NCBI GenBank assembly: GCA_043228905.1
Contig: JBHGNT010000015.1
Location: 17,050,001 to 17,114,000 of the forward strand
DNA length: 64,000 nucleotides
DNA from: Azolla caroliniana
Taxonomy: Eukaryota > Plantae > Polypodiophyta
Direction: 5' to 3'
Shown: in pieces, positions 36,501 through 48,900 of the stretch
Layout: each line of letters starts with the position of its first letter
Numbering within the stretch: position 1 is the first letter of the stretch
Program-made: the position numbers and the translations under genes
The notes under the pieces: model-generated
The model's database searches: none
The model's input: only the letters and a program-made list of their open reading frames with translations
What the model was told of the DNA's origin: nothing

Positions 36501-38185
36501 TTGCATCTTGGAGTGGACATCAAAGAGGACATCACATTCTTCAAATGACATGAGACACCAAAGAGTTCAATGCAAATGGGGAATTGATAACTTCAAGATG
36601 ACATTTTACTACATTTTCCTTCATGCATGCATTTGGTCTACATGGGATAACAAATGGGTAAATGTTATTCAAACACGCAATAGCATGGGCATAGTATGGT
36701 GACTGACATTAAATGGCACAATGGGATACCATTGTTAAATACTTATTTCCTATGTTCTGAGGAAGCTATGCTTCTTTTTCAAAGGTTTATGATCAGCTCT
36801 TGGCCCCAGAACTAGGACCACTATCCATTATTAAAATATATGTTTTGGAACATATGCCACATCATATAAAACAGAAGCGCCACAAACAATCTCTTATCTG
36901 GTATCTTGAGTTGCAAGAGAACACTTGCATACAGTTGATGCACATAAAGAGAGAGACACAGATCATGCACATACATAAGCTTATACCAAAATTAACACAG
37001 AGAAAAAGACATTGATGGGAACAAGTCAGACCTGCTCACAGTTCATGTGATCCCCCCCTCTTGGAGACATTATGTAGTGGAGACCTACCAATGGGAAAGA
37101 TATCTTAAACTATCTTGTACCTATGGAAAGAAGTAGATTGGCCATGGCAAAGCTCTCATTACCATGTCTTTCCTTTGTGAACTTTGAAGGAACACTTCAC
37201 ATGGTTCTACAAGATTGGCTTCAGAACAAGACATAGAAGAGCTACAGGGGCCTAATAAATGCAAGGTTTGAGTGATAAAGCTCTGTGAATAGGTGATTGG
37301 CAATGAGAAATCGTAGAAGGGATATCAGCAAACCTTTTGAAGTAACATCATGATCATGCAAGGATACCAACTCTCATTTCTCACCTTCATTAAGACTATA
37401 TATAGAGCAGCTGCTTGAGGAAATGGATCTCACATCTCATCTCTGTTCCCACCCTCACACCCCACTTCTATTCAAGCGATGTATAGATATATTTGAGGAT
37501 AATATTACTCTCAATGACAAAACCCCCTCTTCTTATTCACCATTTCTCCAACCAAAACCACCATCCATTACGCTGCTATATTGCTCCCAACAACAAAAAA
37601 CATCTTCTTCTCCAAACAAAACCATCGTATACCCATGCCATAGAATCCTGAAGGTGATATCAACAGCAGGTTTCCATAGCAGCAAGACTTAACAAAAGTT
37701 CCCACTCACTCAAATGTTGGAAGGTTTGTTGTTGAGGAGCAACTTGTACAATTATGGAACCCTAAACACCACCAAGGTTCCTGCACTAATGCCCATCATG
37801 CAAAAACAATATGCATTAAAGCCATCCAACATAAACCAATTTCCGAGACGTCTGTGTAGTAACAGATTTGAACCCTTGCTGTTACCCCAATATTGCGTAC
37901 TACACTAAGTTTTCCCTTCTCAAAATACCTCACATAGCAAAGGCGCAACATTTTTAAAGAAAATCAGAGACTGGTGTTGTAAGATTCATAAGTCGAACAA
38001 GAAACACAATGAGATGTAGGGTTTATGAGCACCTGGTGGAAAGGAGTGATTGGCAGAAGAGGCCATGACCAGAGCGAGTGGCGAGGGTCTGGTTTCCATG
38101 GAGCAGAGGAGGATGCGCGGATGTGTGAAGAAGAAGAAGAAGAAGAAGAAGAAGAAAGAAAACGAAGGAGGAGGTGCCTCATCAT
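30586..38185 (-). CDS. MRPL35: Mitochondrial ribosomal protein bL35m with transit peptide (at least 4 exons, about 128 aa in the minimal model)
   Basis: Exons 38185-38033, 31085-31027, 30943-30859, 30675-30586 (GT-AG, phases fit). C-terminus KYKIKAYSSFKERFKTKANGEVKRWKAGKRHNAHSKTNKQLRQLRQPTVVHPAYATIMKKLNFLG matches the plant mitochondrial L35 pattern. The link to exon 1 (MMRHLLLRFLSSS..) is inferred and an extra internal exon cannot be excluded. Confidence 0.88.
31200..31740 (+). mobile_element. Degenerate RTE-like LINE RT fragment in the bL35m intron
   Basis: Frameshifted remnants QAGF..G.TALDHIFTLR and KAFDT. Confidence 0.65.
32880..33533 (+). mobile_element. 5'-truncated LINE 3' end (family B) with (TCA)n tail
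   Basis: EEHVALEYIAYEDIR motif; similar to 35620-36328; ends gcagacgttaattaataccaatcatcatcgtcat. Confidence 0.6.
33555..35485 (+). mobile_element. 5'-truncated RTE-like LINE (family A) with (TTTC)n tail
   Basis: LLYAD-IVLISD..GLQRHL..VNIDKTKVMVFN..YTYLG remnants; 3' UTR ctcttgtttggtcttataggccattttggcctcttaaaaga shared with other copies in the window. Confidence 0.8.
35620..36328 (+). mobile_element. Second family-B LINE 3' fragment
   Basis: HVTLECLTYEDI motif and gtagacattaatatattgtcatcatcatc tail, similar to 32880-33533. Confidence 0.55.
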
Positions 38186-38302
38186 ACTCAAACCGCGTCT
38201 GTGTCTGTGTCTGTGTCTATCTTTCCATTCATTGACCTAGATAGACCTAAGGAGTGGGCGATCTTAGATTTTACCAAACAGGGGAAGGACAGGTCAAACC
38301 CT

Positions 38303-38306
38303 GAGA

Positions 38307-38349
<43 letters not shown>

Positions 38350-38435
38350 GTAGAGATAGAGAGAGAGAGAGAGAGAGAGAGGGAGTGAGAGGTGGAGAGA
38401 GAGTGAGAGTGAGTGAGTGAGTAAGTGTGAGAGAG
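38303..38435. repeat. (GA)n-rich microsatellite upstream of bL35m
   Basis: Direct inspection. Confidence 0.9.
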
Positions 38436-39955
38436 TAACACTTCCTGATCTCTTTGGTCTTCGGGGTGGGGCTTATGCCAACCATTGCCTGTTCTGGGCC
38501 TCTGTCTGGTTGATGTCGATTGAACTTTGATGTAAGCTATGTGTCAATAGACGGGCTCGCGATTGCCTTCTCGACTTTATACACACTTGCTAAGAGATCG
38601 CATTTCATCTTTGCACGATTCGATCTTGTGTATCGTTCCTCGCCCCTATCGAGAATGACGAAGCGTGCATATGGATCTTCTGAAAGTGCCTCTCACTAAA
38701 GTGAGAAATCCTCTCTCTTTTTTTTAGTTCACATGAAGATGGATCGTGAAGATTGCAATTTTCGTTCACGAGAAGATGAATCATAAAGTTGCGAGAACGC
38801 ATCCTAGTAACTATGCAAGCTTTAACCATCCTACACACCACTCCTACAACTCTATCTCATTGCTTTCGAGAATAATTTGCACATATTACATTGTTGATGC
38901 ACAACAAAAGCATCAATTGTTACATGTATTGATTCTTTTGATCCATGAGAGTATACGAAAACGTGTGACTCCCCCATGAGAGTACACTCAATAGCTTGGG
39001 TTGTATTATACATATTATCTCTCAATACATTGACTACAAAACCTAGGGCTATCATAAAATTTGCACATGTATCAGAAACTTCCCACCTAGAATGAATAAT
39101 TACCTACATTGGTGACACATAACATGTCAAGGTGGCAATTACTTTCATCCTTTGGGCAAAACACATACAACATAGATTGAGAGTTAGTAGACATGATTCT
39201 TGATGCTTCCTTTATAACATGAAGGTTTTGGGGCTAAATGTTACTCATTGAAAAAACTGCACATAAAACATGGCTCGACATTTACATTGATATTCGTTTC
39301 ACAATGCAAGGATTTTGCAATAAAGGTTACTAAAACACCATAAATTCATCCTGATAGAATCAACATCCGTATATTCAACGAAGAAAAGCCCCACAATACA
39401 ACGAGTGTTAACAAACTTAAATTAAACATCACGTAGATCATAATGTACAAAATAACCTCTTAAATGGATGATGAGAGCGCATGAATACATAGTGAAAACG
39501 CTACTACTTTCGACCCCTTTCTGCCACCAAATATGCCCATTTGGCAGACTGAAATTTCCTTCTATCATCTGAGGTGATTCACAAGTTTTGGCAGTTGGTG
39601 AATGTACTCACACAACAGCAAAGGTTGTGCACCATTGGTGAACGTACTTACACAACAGAAGTTGTGTGCCACATTGATCTCTATGATGAACGAAGTTTTT
39701 TCAAAACCAAATGCATAATAAGCAATTTGATATATCTAGTTTTAGATTATGATAATGTTAATTCTACTGAGACAAAATAAACTCAGATAGTTGGGATGTC
39801 ATGGGGAAAAAACTAACAGAATGATGATATGTATCAACACCCCAAAAACAAACACGCAGAATGTCACGGAAAAATAACCAATGTTATACAACACGATGAA
39901 GAATGGATTGAATCAAAATCTAATGTATCTAAAGATAAATGACTCTAATTTTCAT

Positions 39956-42900
39956 TTAAGAGGTTATATACAAGACGGGAACTAAGCCCGAAATTTTACC
40001 ATCTCTTCCAGGTCGCTTTTTACGTACCTGCAATTGATGAAAACAAAGATTTAAAACTAATCAAGATGTTAACAACATCAACAATAAAACATTTTTCAGT
40101 ACACCATATCCTTACATGAAACCATCCATCAACTTCATACTCTATCTCTAAGTCTTCTCCAGCTGTCAAGTTGAGCTGAACAAAACAGAATCTCAGAAAG
40201 ACATTACATAATTAAATATTTTCAAACAATATCACATACCTCTTCATCGCCACCCGCAGTGAAATCATATAGAGCTTTACCAAACTGAGGGGTTTCATGT
40301 GGTGGCTCATCGTCATCATCAGTTCTTCCATGCATGCCATCTTCAGGTAGATTATCAAATGAATCCCAGTTTGCACCAAATTTTTGTGCACCCACCCTCG
40401 AAGCAGCCTGTAATATAGAATTTAGTATTTAACTAACCATGTACTAACAATCTGTTTTCTGTACTTCTTAATCATTCATTGTCTACTATTAACCTTAAAA
40501 ACATACTCTTTTCCCCACTTTGATCTAAAAATGTTCAAAAGAGTTAATTGAACACACAAATCTTCGTTTTGGCACAAGGATATGGTTGCCAGCCATTTCC
40601 ACAAACGAGATTTGAAGGGATTTCTGGAAAAATGATTGAGCTTATTATGTGAATTCAGATAGACAGAGATCTAAGAGCTCATATGAAAATATGTTCATCA
40701 ACTGTTATACTCTGAGAAATCTATGAGCAAAGGTTGCTTCAAGGACGACGGCTTAGTTTCCACTAATGGGTGTTAATAGTTTGCAACCTTAGACAATGAC
40801 AAAAACTGGCTATCACTCCTTTTTGGAAACATGAAATTGTAGCAACAGGAAACCGTTCATGCCAGACCTGAAAGTTATTTCTATGGATTACGCAAAGTCA
40901 AGGATCTCTTAAAGATGATCATAAAAACTCCTTTCTACAAAATTTGTAGATTACCATATAATCTGGTGGCTGATCTTGCAAACTCGATGAATCCACAGAT
41001 GAGCTGCCAATTTTGCTTGGTTGTGATGACAACTGTTTCTCCTGTATATCAATCAGGAAAAAGAGAGTACAAAATATAGTCAAAAAACTTCCAATGAAAG
41101 ATATATTCTAGCAAAGTTAGTTGCATTTCTTAAGGTCCACGCTATTCATTGTCATTGCACTCTTGCACACTAGCATCTACTGCCCAAAAACCTTCCATCA
41201 TTGTTACACTAATTATCCAACAGTAAGTCATACCCAAGGTGAGTAGCGAGATGCACTTGATCCTCCAAACAATGAAGGATAGCCCAAACCACCAAAATGA
41301 GAAGAAGTCACTGTATTATATGATGCAACAGATTCAGGAGATGAAGATCCTGATGACTGTCCATCCACATCCTGCATAACAATTGTTCGATAAAAAATGT
41401 CTACTCATGGATTCTGCATTGTATGTTTATATCATCCTTTTGAGTTCATACCTCATTTTCAGATGTTTCGAGCAATTGTTTTGCCCACATATCATCATAA
41501 CTTATAGATGTTCTAGATAAGTTGCCTTCATCTTCAACTTCAGGAGCATCTGTACCAGCTCCAATTAAAAACTCATTGACCTGCAAGCCAACATTAAAAT
41601 GAAGAAATTCCATATTTCACACAGATCAGATTAAATTTTTTTATAATCCATGTTAAAATCATTGGGATCAAGGAGGGTGTAAAAATATTGTACTTTTAAA
41701 GTCAACAATGAAACATACCAAGTCTATTGTTGGAGCATTTCCTGTCCACAAACCATCACTGAGACCTGCTACAAGTGGTTCACCTGTCACAATCTGTGCC
41801 GGAGGAGGATAGAGAAGCTGGTTATTCAGTAGATCAGATATGCCAGTTGCAACTGCTGGATCATTAAGGCCACTTCTAGCATCTATACGGTGGCGATTCC
41901 TATATATATTGATGAGCCCCGCACTGTACCAAGAAATATTTTTAAGAAATATGTTACATAACAAGAATCAATGTGCTCCTCAACAAGACTTATGGGAGTC
42001 GGAATAAAGAAACAGCCAGCCTATATCATCTGGATATTAAAAGAATGCATGAAAATACTGAATTATAACAGCGAAAGTTTGAGGATGTCCATCAAAGGAG
42101 AGAAAGTGTGTTAAATGCATGGTGTTGGATAGTAGGCTCAGATATGACATGCATACAAATTTACCAAGGTATTGGGAGTGACTCCAAGAAGCATATCATA
42201 TCAAGGTAAAAGGAAAAACGAACTCTGTTAAAAGTAGCTACTTTGACAAGGAAAAAACACCAAGATCAGGTCAACATACAAAACCCAGCAGCACATCTGA
42301 CCTATCATCTGTTGTTCAACGGAATGTCCCATCTGGGACATACCGACATGTTTCTGAATGTTCGTGTGAGAAAACAAGAAATCTCCCACTGTTTGCAAAT
42401 TGTGAAAATCTATAGATGATACGGATAATCTACTACAAAATACTTTACTAAACTTAAAGGGCGTTTATTGGAGTTGATATACTTAGGATAAAGATATACC
42501 TTGTTGGGCCAAGAGGCAGATACTTAGCCCGAGGAACATAACAAAACAGTGATGTAAGATCCAAAAGTCTTTCATGGGTTTCATAAAGTCTCCGAAGCTC
42601 ATCATCTGTCCATTCCTGCTTCTTATTATCATGATTTCTCATTTCCCTGCATGTCTAGACAAATTGAGACACTGACTTAAAATATAAAACGAAAATGGAA
42701 ATGTCAGAAGCGATAAATTATAATCCCACCTAATAAGTTCATCTTGTGCTTTATACATTTCATCCAACAACCTAATCATAGGCGATAAGATAGAACTGAG
42801 GCCAGTTCCACTAGCTCCTTGATCCTCCCCATTACTAGCAAATCCATTTATGTTTTTGCTTAAACCCCCTTGTGCCAACGCCTGCAGAAGTTCATAGACC

Positions 42901-45900
42901 TGCAATCTGTATGGTTCTCCTGATCTGATAGCAATAGTCATGAGTGCTTGTGCTGCCACTATTCTCACCTGAATCAGGAGGAAAAAGATTTAGTTAACCA
43001 TCATGCAATAAACCATAAAAAATCACCTTGGTATCTCACCTCCCAACTCCCACCAAATGCACAACGTTCTAAGCGAGTAAGTGCGGAAGCAAGAGTTGGA
43101 TTTCGTGAACTTGCTGCTGCTACCATCTTGTCAACATCAAGCATCATCAATGCTGTACCAGGTGGTGTAACCGATTCCCAAGCATATTCAGAAGCAGCAT
43201 AATTTGCATTCTCTCCCAAAAACCACACCTTTGAACATTAAATGACAGGTATTGACACATCATCTTCAGTTGGCTTAAATCGCCAAAATAGAATACATAA
43301 TATTATATTTTAAAGAGTTTATCCACATCACAATCTTCCAAAATGACAAAATCTAAGAACAATTACCGCCGCTTGGACAAGCTTCTGCAAGGCAAGTGCT
43401 GACTTGGGATCTGATGCAGATACTCGATTGCTTGAGTGATAAACTGGCATGGATGAAGGCTGTGGGGGTGGCAAGTCGAGAACAATAGTGACTGCCTCTA
43501 AAGCTGTATGCTTTCCACTCGGTCCACAGCCTAGCAAACATGTCTTCAGATTCCAGAAATTGAACACATAAGAAACTGTATAAAAGTTAAGAAATATAAA
43601 GTTCGACTAGCTTATTTAACAATACAAAGATGTGATAAAAGCCCATCATAAAAGTGACTGGCTCATTCTGGAGATCATCATGTTTTTAAACAAGAATCAT
43701 CTAAGAAAGCTTGATCCAGAATGAAAGATGTTTAATATCTGTAGAATCACCAAATCTTCTAATAACAAAACAGAATATGAAGGATTTTGATACAACTCGC
43801 GTCAATATAAGCTGTGGTGGTCAGTGTGTGGTTGAAAGAATCCAGCGAGTGTTCAGATTTTGAACAAAATGAAACAATAGTTTGAGTATGTATTTTACAT
43901 GAATATCAAATAGCCAATGGTATGTCACAATAGACTACAAGCCACACTAAATCAGAATCATATACTGTATTCAAATGTGACATCAACATGTCATGAACTT
44001 ATAATACAGAAATCCAACTGCCAACATGATATCTCCATTATATCAGTTTTAAGTAAAAAGTTGAGTTGCTCAACATTGGAGATAAAAGATGATGAAGAAT
44101 ATGGTCCAAAAGTTTGCAATGTTCAAAATGAGTATCACAATTGCACAATAGGAAACTGCGAGAAATTTGACATTTTCATATGCATAAAATGATATTCACC
44201 ACTACCATGTAAGCAAAGGTACATACTGTTACAGTACACATTAATTATGCACTAGGAGTCAAATTTATAATAGAGAAGCCCAAAAGTGAGCCTATCTCAG
44301 TGATGCAGTGGCAGCAAAGCAAGCCAGTGATTGTATAAATAAAGTAGGCCACTATCCAAAGGAGGTCATTCTTCCCACTCCACATTCCTATCAGTACGAC
44401 ATACGGTTCCGCATTTTCACATAGAGCATGTATCTCACAATTTCTACCCCAATTTCCATTGACATGTTCCCAGTGGAAAAGTTTCTCATCACATCCTTAA
44501 ACGTCATATGTTCAAATCCTACATGGGCCAAAAATAGTCATGTTTGCAAATTTTTTAGAAGTACTGATTTTTGTAGCTAAGGATGGCTCATCACTAGCAC
44601 CCAAAGATGGCTCGCGCCTAATTCCTAAGGATGGCTTGCCCCAAGCTCCTAAGGGCAGCTCATCGATTGCACCTAAGAAACCTGCTAGAATAAATATGAT
44701 AAAAGATTGATACAATCTCATGGCAGATTAACTATAAAAGAGAGGGTGGGATCAAAATAAGTTTCTTCTTTGTCTTGATGAAAAGACGTGACTAAGCTTC
44801 TTCTTCCTCTTCTTCTTAGTGATTCAACAAAAGAACTTCATTAGGGGTCCTTCTGATTGTGTATTGAAAAACTTGATTAAGATCAGGGGTCTTCTTTTTG
44901 GTTGTCTAACAAAAATACGTAATCATGATTAAGGTCTCTTTCTTGATTAGGATTGAGAGGTCTTCTTCTTGACCAGTTGACTGAAAGGTCGTTACCGGTC
45001 TTGTTATTTTGGAACATTTGTGATTTCTTGAGTATCTCTAGTACGCGAGGTTTATAAGCACACTTCTTACACACATCAGAGGATGGATTCATCATTAGGC
45101 CACTTTATATGGACATACATCTATCCTATGCGCTGCACCATGTGATAGGGCATTGGGCAGCTGCGAACTTCATCACATCAGATAGAGATTGAGGTAGGCA
45201 GATATACATGAATACCTCTAGAAGAAAGAATTTGCCAATTGTGTTATCAAAGAGTGGAATCCGAAGAACACTTTGTTTGTCACTGTAGTGTCTTTTAGGG
45301 AGATACCATTGCCTCTTTACCCAGGAACTACCAAGAAAATGACACATAACTGCAATCCAAATGTAGATATTCTAGGCAAGTGCATTGTTTCAACTTATAC
45401 ATAGTACTTGATGTACCTTTTTTTGTTGTCTAGGTCAAAGTAAAACATTATTGTTTAACATGCTCAAATCTAACTAAAGATGCATTATCCTTGGGTTGCA
45501 GTGTCTAAAAGTCTTATCTACACTTAACTTTTTACTATGTGATGGACATATCTAGCCTTTACTATGTAGTTCAATATGCATGGCCAATCTTCAGTACTTG
45601 GTCCAACATCATGTCTACTGTTCCGTTTGTATAATCTTCAGTTAGCCTCAATGCTAAAATCAGTTGTAATAGAAAAATGTAACAATAAATTATTTACAGG
45701 AATTATGGTAATATGTGTGTGTGTGTGTGTGTGTTATACACAAGGTTAACAGATATACACATATGTGTGTCTTATGCAGAATGTGAATCAATACATTGAA
45801 AGAAAGGACTTTACTTACCTTCCAAAGCAATTGCAGTACATCTGAGTCAATCTTCCCAGGAACTTGAGTTGCAAAAAGGGTCGCTATTTCTAGAAGAATT

Positions 45901-48900
45901 ACAGCCATGTCTGGTGTTGCCTTTGTACAAAAAACTGGTAGTTAGAGAAGACTGAAAACCTCCTACTCATTAACCATAAATGCTATAAAATCATGGCATG
46001 GGGAATTTCACCTTGAATCTTGCATGAAGAGTCAGCAATATCTCATTGAGTAAGGAGGCAGGCCATGAAGGGTCAGATAGTTCTCCAGCGATAATAGACT
46101 TTAACTCATCAAAGGATTCATATGGACTTTGCAACCATATCAGTGCTTTTATGACTGCACCACGAACAAAGACACACTCACAAGCTACAGTTGTTCTCAC
46201 AGCCTCCTTTAATGATGATAGCATGCTGCTGATAGTTTCCTTTCCAGCAGCTGAAGGAAAAGGAGCGATTTTATTCCGTGGAACTGCAATGAAAATAAAA
46301 GTTCCCTCAGGTCACTAATGCAAAATTTCCATAGCTTTAATTTTCCATTCTTCTGAGAGGAAACCACGCAACTTCATAAATCAACAGTCATTTCTCTGTG
46401 CCTTTTGCTTTTTTCATAAATCAACTTCATAAATCAACTTGTGTCAGCAAGGCGTGGAATCCAAAGACCACTATGTTTGTCACTGTAGTGTCTTTTATTA
46501 AATAAGAGGGAGATACCATTGCCTCTTTAAACAAGGCTTTGGCCAACTACGCAAGGTAATGGAATATGAGAACCAACGATTCCTAGGACTTTTCTTGCTA
46601 GAACTCACGACACAAGGAAAAGTTGTTGAAGGACAATAGTACAACCACACAAGCTCATCAAGAAAGAAGAATCCCAACTTTCTTTAGCCCCATCATTCCT
46701 ATTGAGGCTACAAGTCAATCAAGGGCTACGCAAATGGGCTCCCAAGCAGGACATAACAAAGGGGTTGCAACAGATCGGGCAATAGCAATTTGTCGTGCAC
46801 GTAGGCCCCAGCCCTATGGACCACAATCTCACCACCCTTGTCATCGACAAATTAAGGCCATTATCTCCCGCCATTGCAGATGCTTCCCTCACTGTGGAGA
46901 CCTCTCCATTCTGGATCGAACTATGATAGAGATCTTTCGAAGACAAAGTTATATATATTGACTTGAGAATCGTACATGTGCGGATAACAAGATTCTTTAG
47001 TCTCTTTACTTTATTTACTTTTATGTTTACTTACTAGCATTTATTTTATTTTGATTTGTTGTTTTCTCAAAGATGAGACAACACTTACGATGTGATCTCT
47101 TGTTTGGTCTTATAGGCCATTTTGGCCTCTTAAAAGAAATTAATATATCTTTCTTTCTCTCTCTTTCTCTCTCTCTCTCTTTCTTTCTATGTACACACGC
47201 ACACACACATATATCCTCTATTTTGGCCATGCTATGCATGAAGTAGTTTATTGAGAAATGTATATTGATTGAAAATTAGCATATGCTTGCCCTCTCCCCT
47301 CTCTCTATATATCTCTATATTTATTTACAGATATATTGAGAGATAAAGGAAAGGGCAAGTAACTGCTACCTTTCAATGAATATACATTTACATGGCATAG
47401 CATGGCCTAGACCAACTAGCTGATAGTTGAATCCTGTAACCTTCAGCCTCAGATTGATCAGCTTCGGAACTTGCTATATCTGATGCATTTGTATATCCAC
47501 CATCAACAAGTGCCTCAGGATGACTGTCCTCGTCAACAACATAGCCTCGCAATGAGTATGCTGCAGCTCTACTCTTTCCCATTTCTTGCACAACTCTAGC
47601 AGCAGAATGCAAGACTGGCCTTATTGGACTTCTGAATGCTGACTCCAGTCTGTCAAATGCAAGAGTCACTTAGATACAAAAGAAACACTACTTAAATTTG
47701 GACAAACTGAAAGTTGTATACCTTCGCATCACAAGTTTAAATAAAGGTTGTGGGCGACGAGGCCTTGAAGATGGCCTCTCTTTTGGAGCTTTAGGTGGGA
47801 GTGTACTATCCTTCACCTCTTGTGTATTACTTCGTGATAGAAGTGGAGTATCTGGAAACTTTAAGATTGCGGTGGTTAACATAGCCCAACCACCTGCACG
47901 CTCTTCAATCCTATATAGAAAGAGGTACCAACAGACCATAAGTTAGAAATAGAACTAACAAACAGAAACTTCTTTAATAAAATAAAGCATCCCACATCTC
48001 ATTCCTACCTAAGTAACAAACAGAAACTTCTTTAATAAAATAAAGCATTCCACATCTCATTCATACCTAACTAACAAACAGAAACTTCTTTAATAAAATA
48101 AAGCATCCCACATTTCATTCATACCTTTCATTATTATCAAATTTCCCTAAAATACACATGATAGCTTCAAAACAAACTCGTTCACTAGGGTCGAGAAGCA
48201 GTTGGTACAAAATAGTTTGATACTGTGACCTCAAATCTCCTCTTTCTGCATGTAATTTTGTAATCACACATTAAAGTAGGAAATGCAAGAGTTTTACTCT
48301 TATAGATGCCTGTATTTAGGTACTCACCATCCAAAACACGAGCACGTGATAGGATGAAACAAAGTCTTGCAAGATACACACGAGCTAACACATCATGCAT
48401 CTGCAATACCTCCTGTAAGGAACCTGTAGAGTGTCCCCAGATATGTAATTACTCCTGCCCTTTCTTAAAACCAGCAGAAATCATATACATAAATGAAATG
48501 ATGTATACCTCCACTCAAAGCTATCTTTTCTGAAGAGAAGTAAAACACAAAAATAATCAACAAACATTTTAGTTCAAAACTTGTATTTCAAAAAGTCAAC
48601 TGATAAAAGAAGATGGAAATGTGTGTCAAGATGCCATCAGCTTACCCACAGCCATGGCAACTGCATATGGATCACGTGCAGCCAGTTCAGATACAATGGC
48701 CAGTGCATGTCTTACTCCAACAGAGTCCGCACAAGCTATACTGAACACAAAGAAACATATATATACATACACATGGCCCAGAGATTTATTTAGATTTTAT
48801 ACAGAAACATGTCAAGATTAGTATGTCCTATTTTAAATGACAAAAACATCAATGACCATATGCAATGGCATAAGAAATCACCCTACCCCTGAACTGCCCG

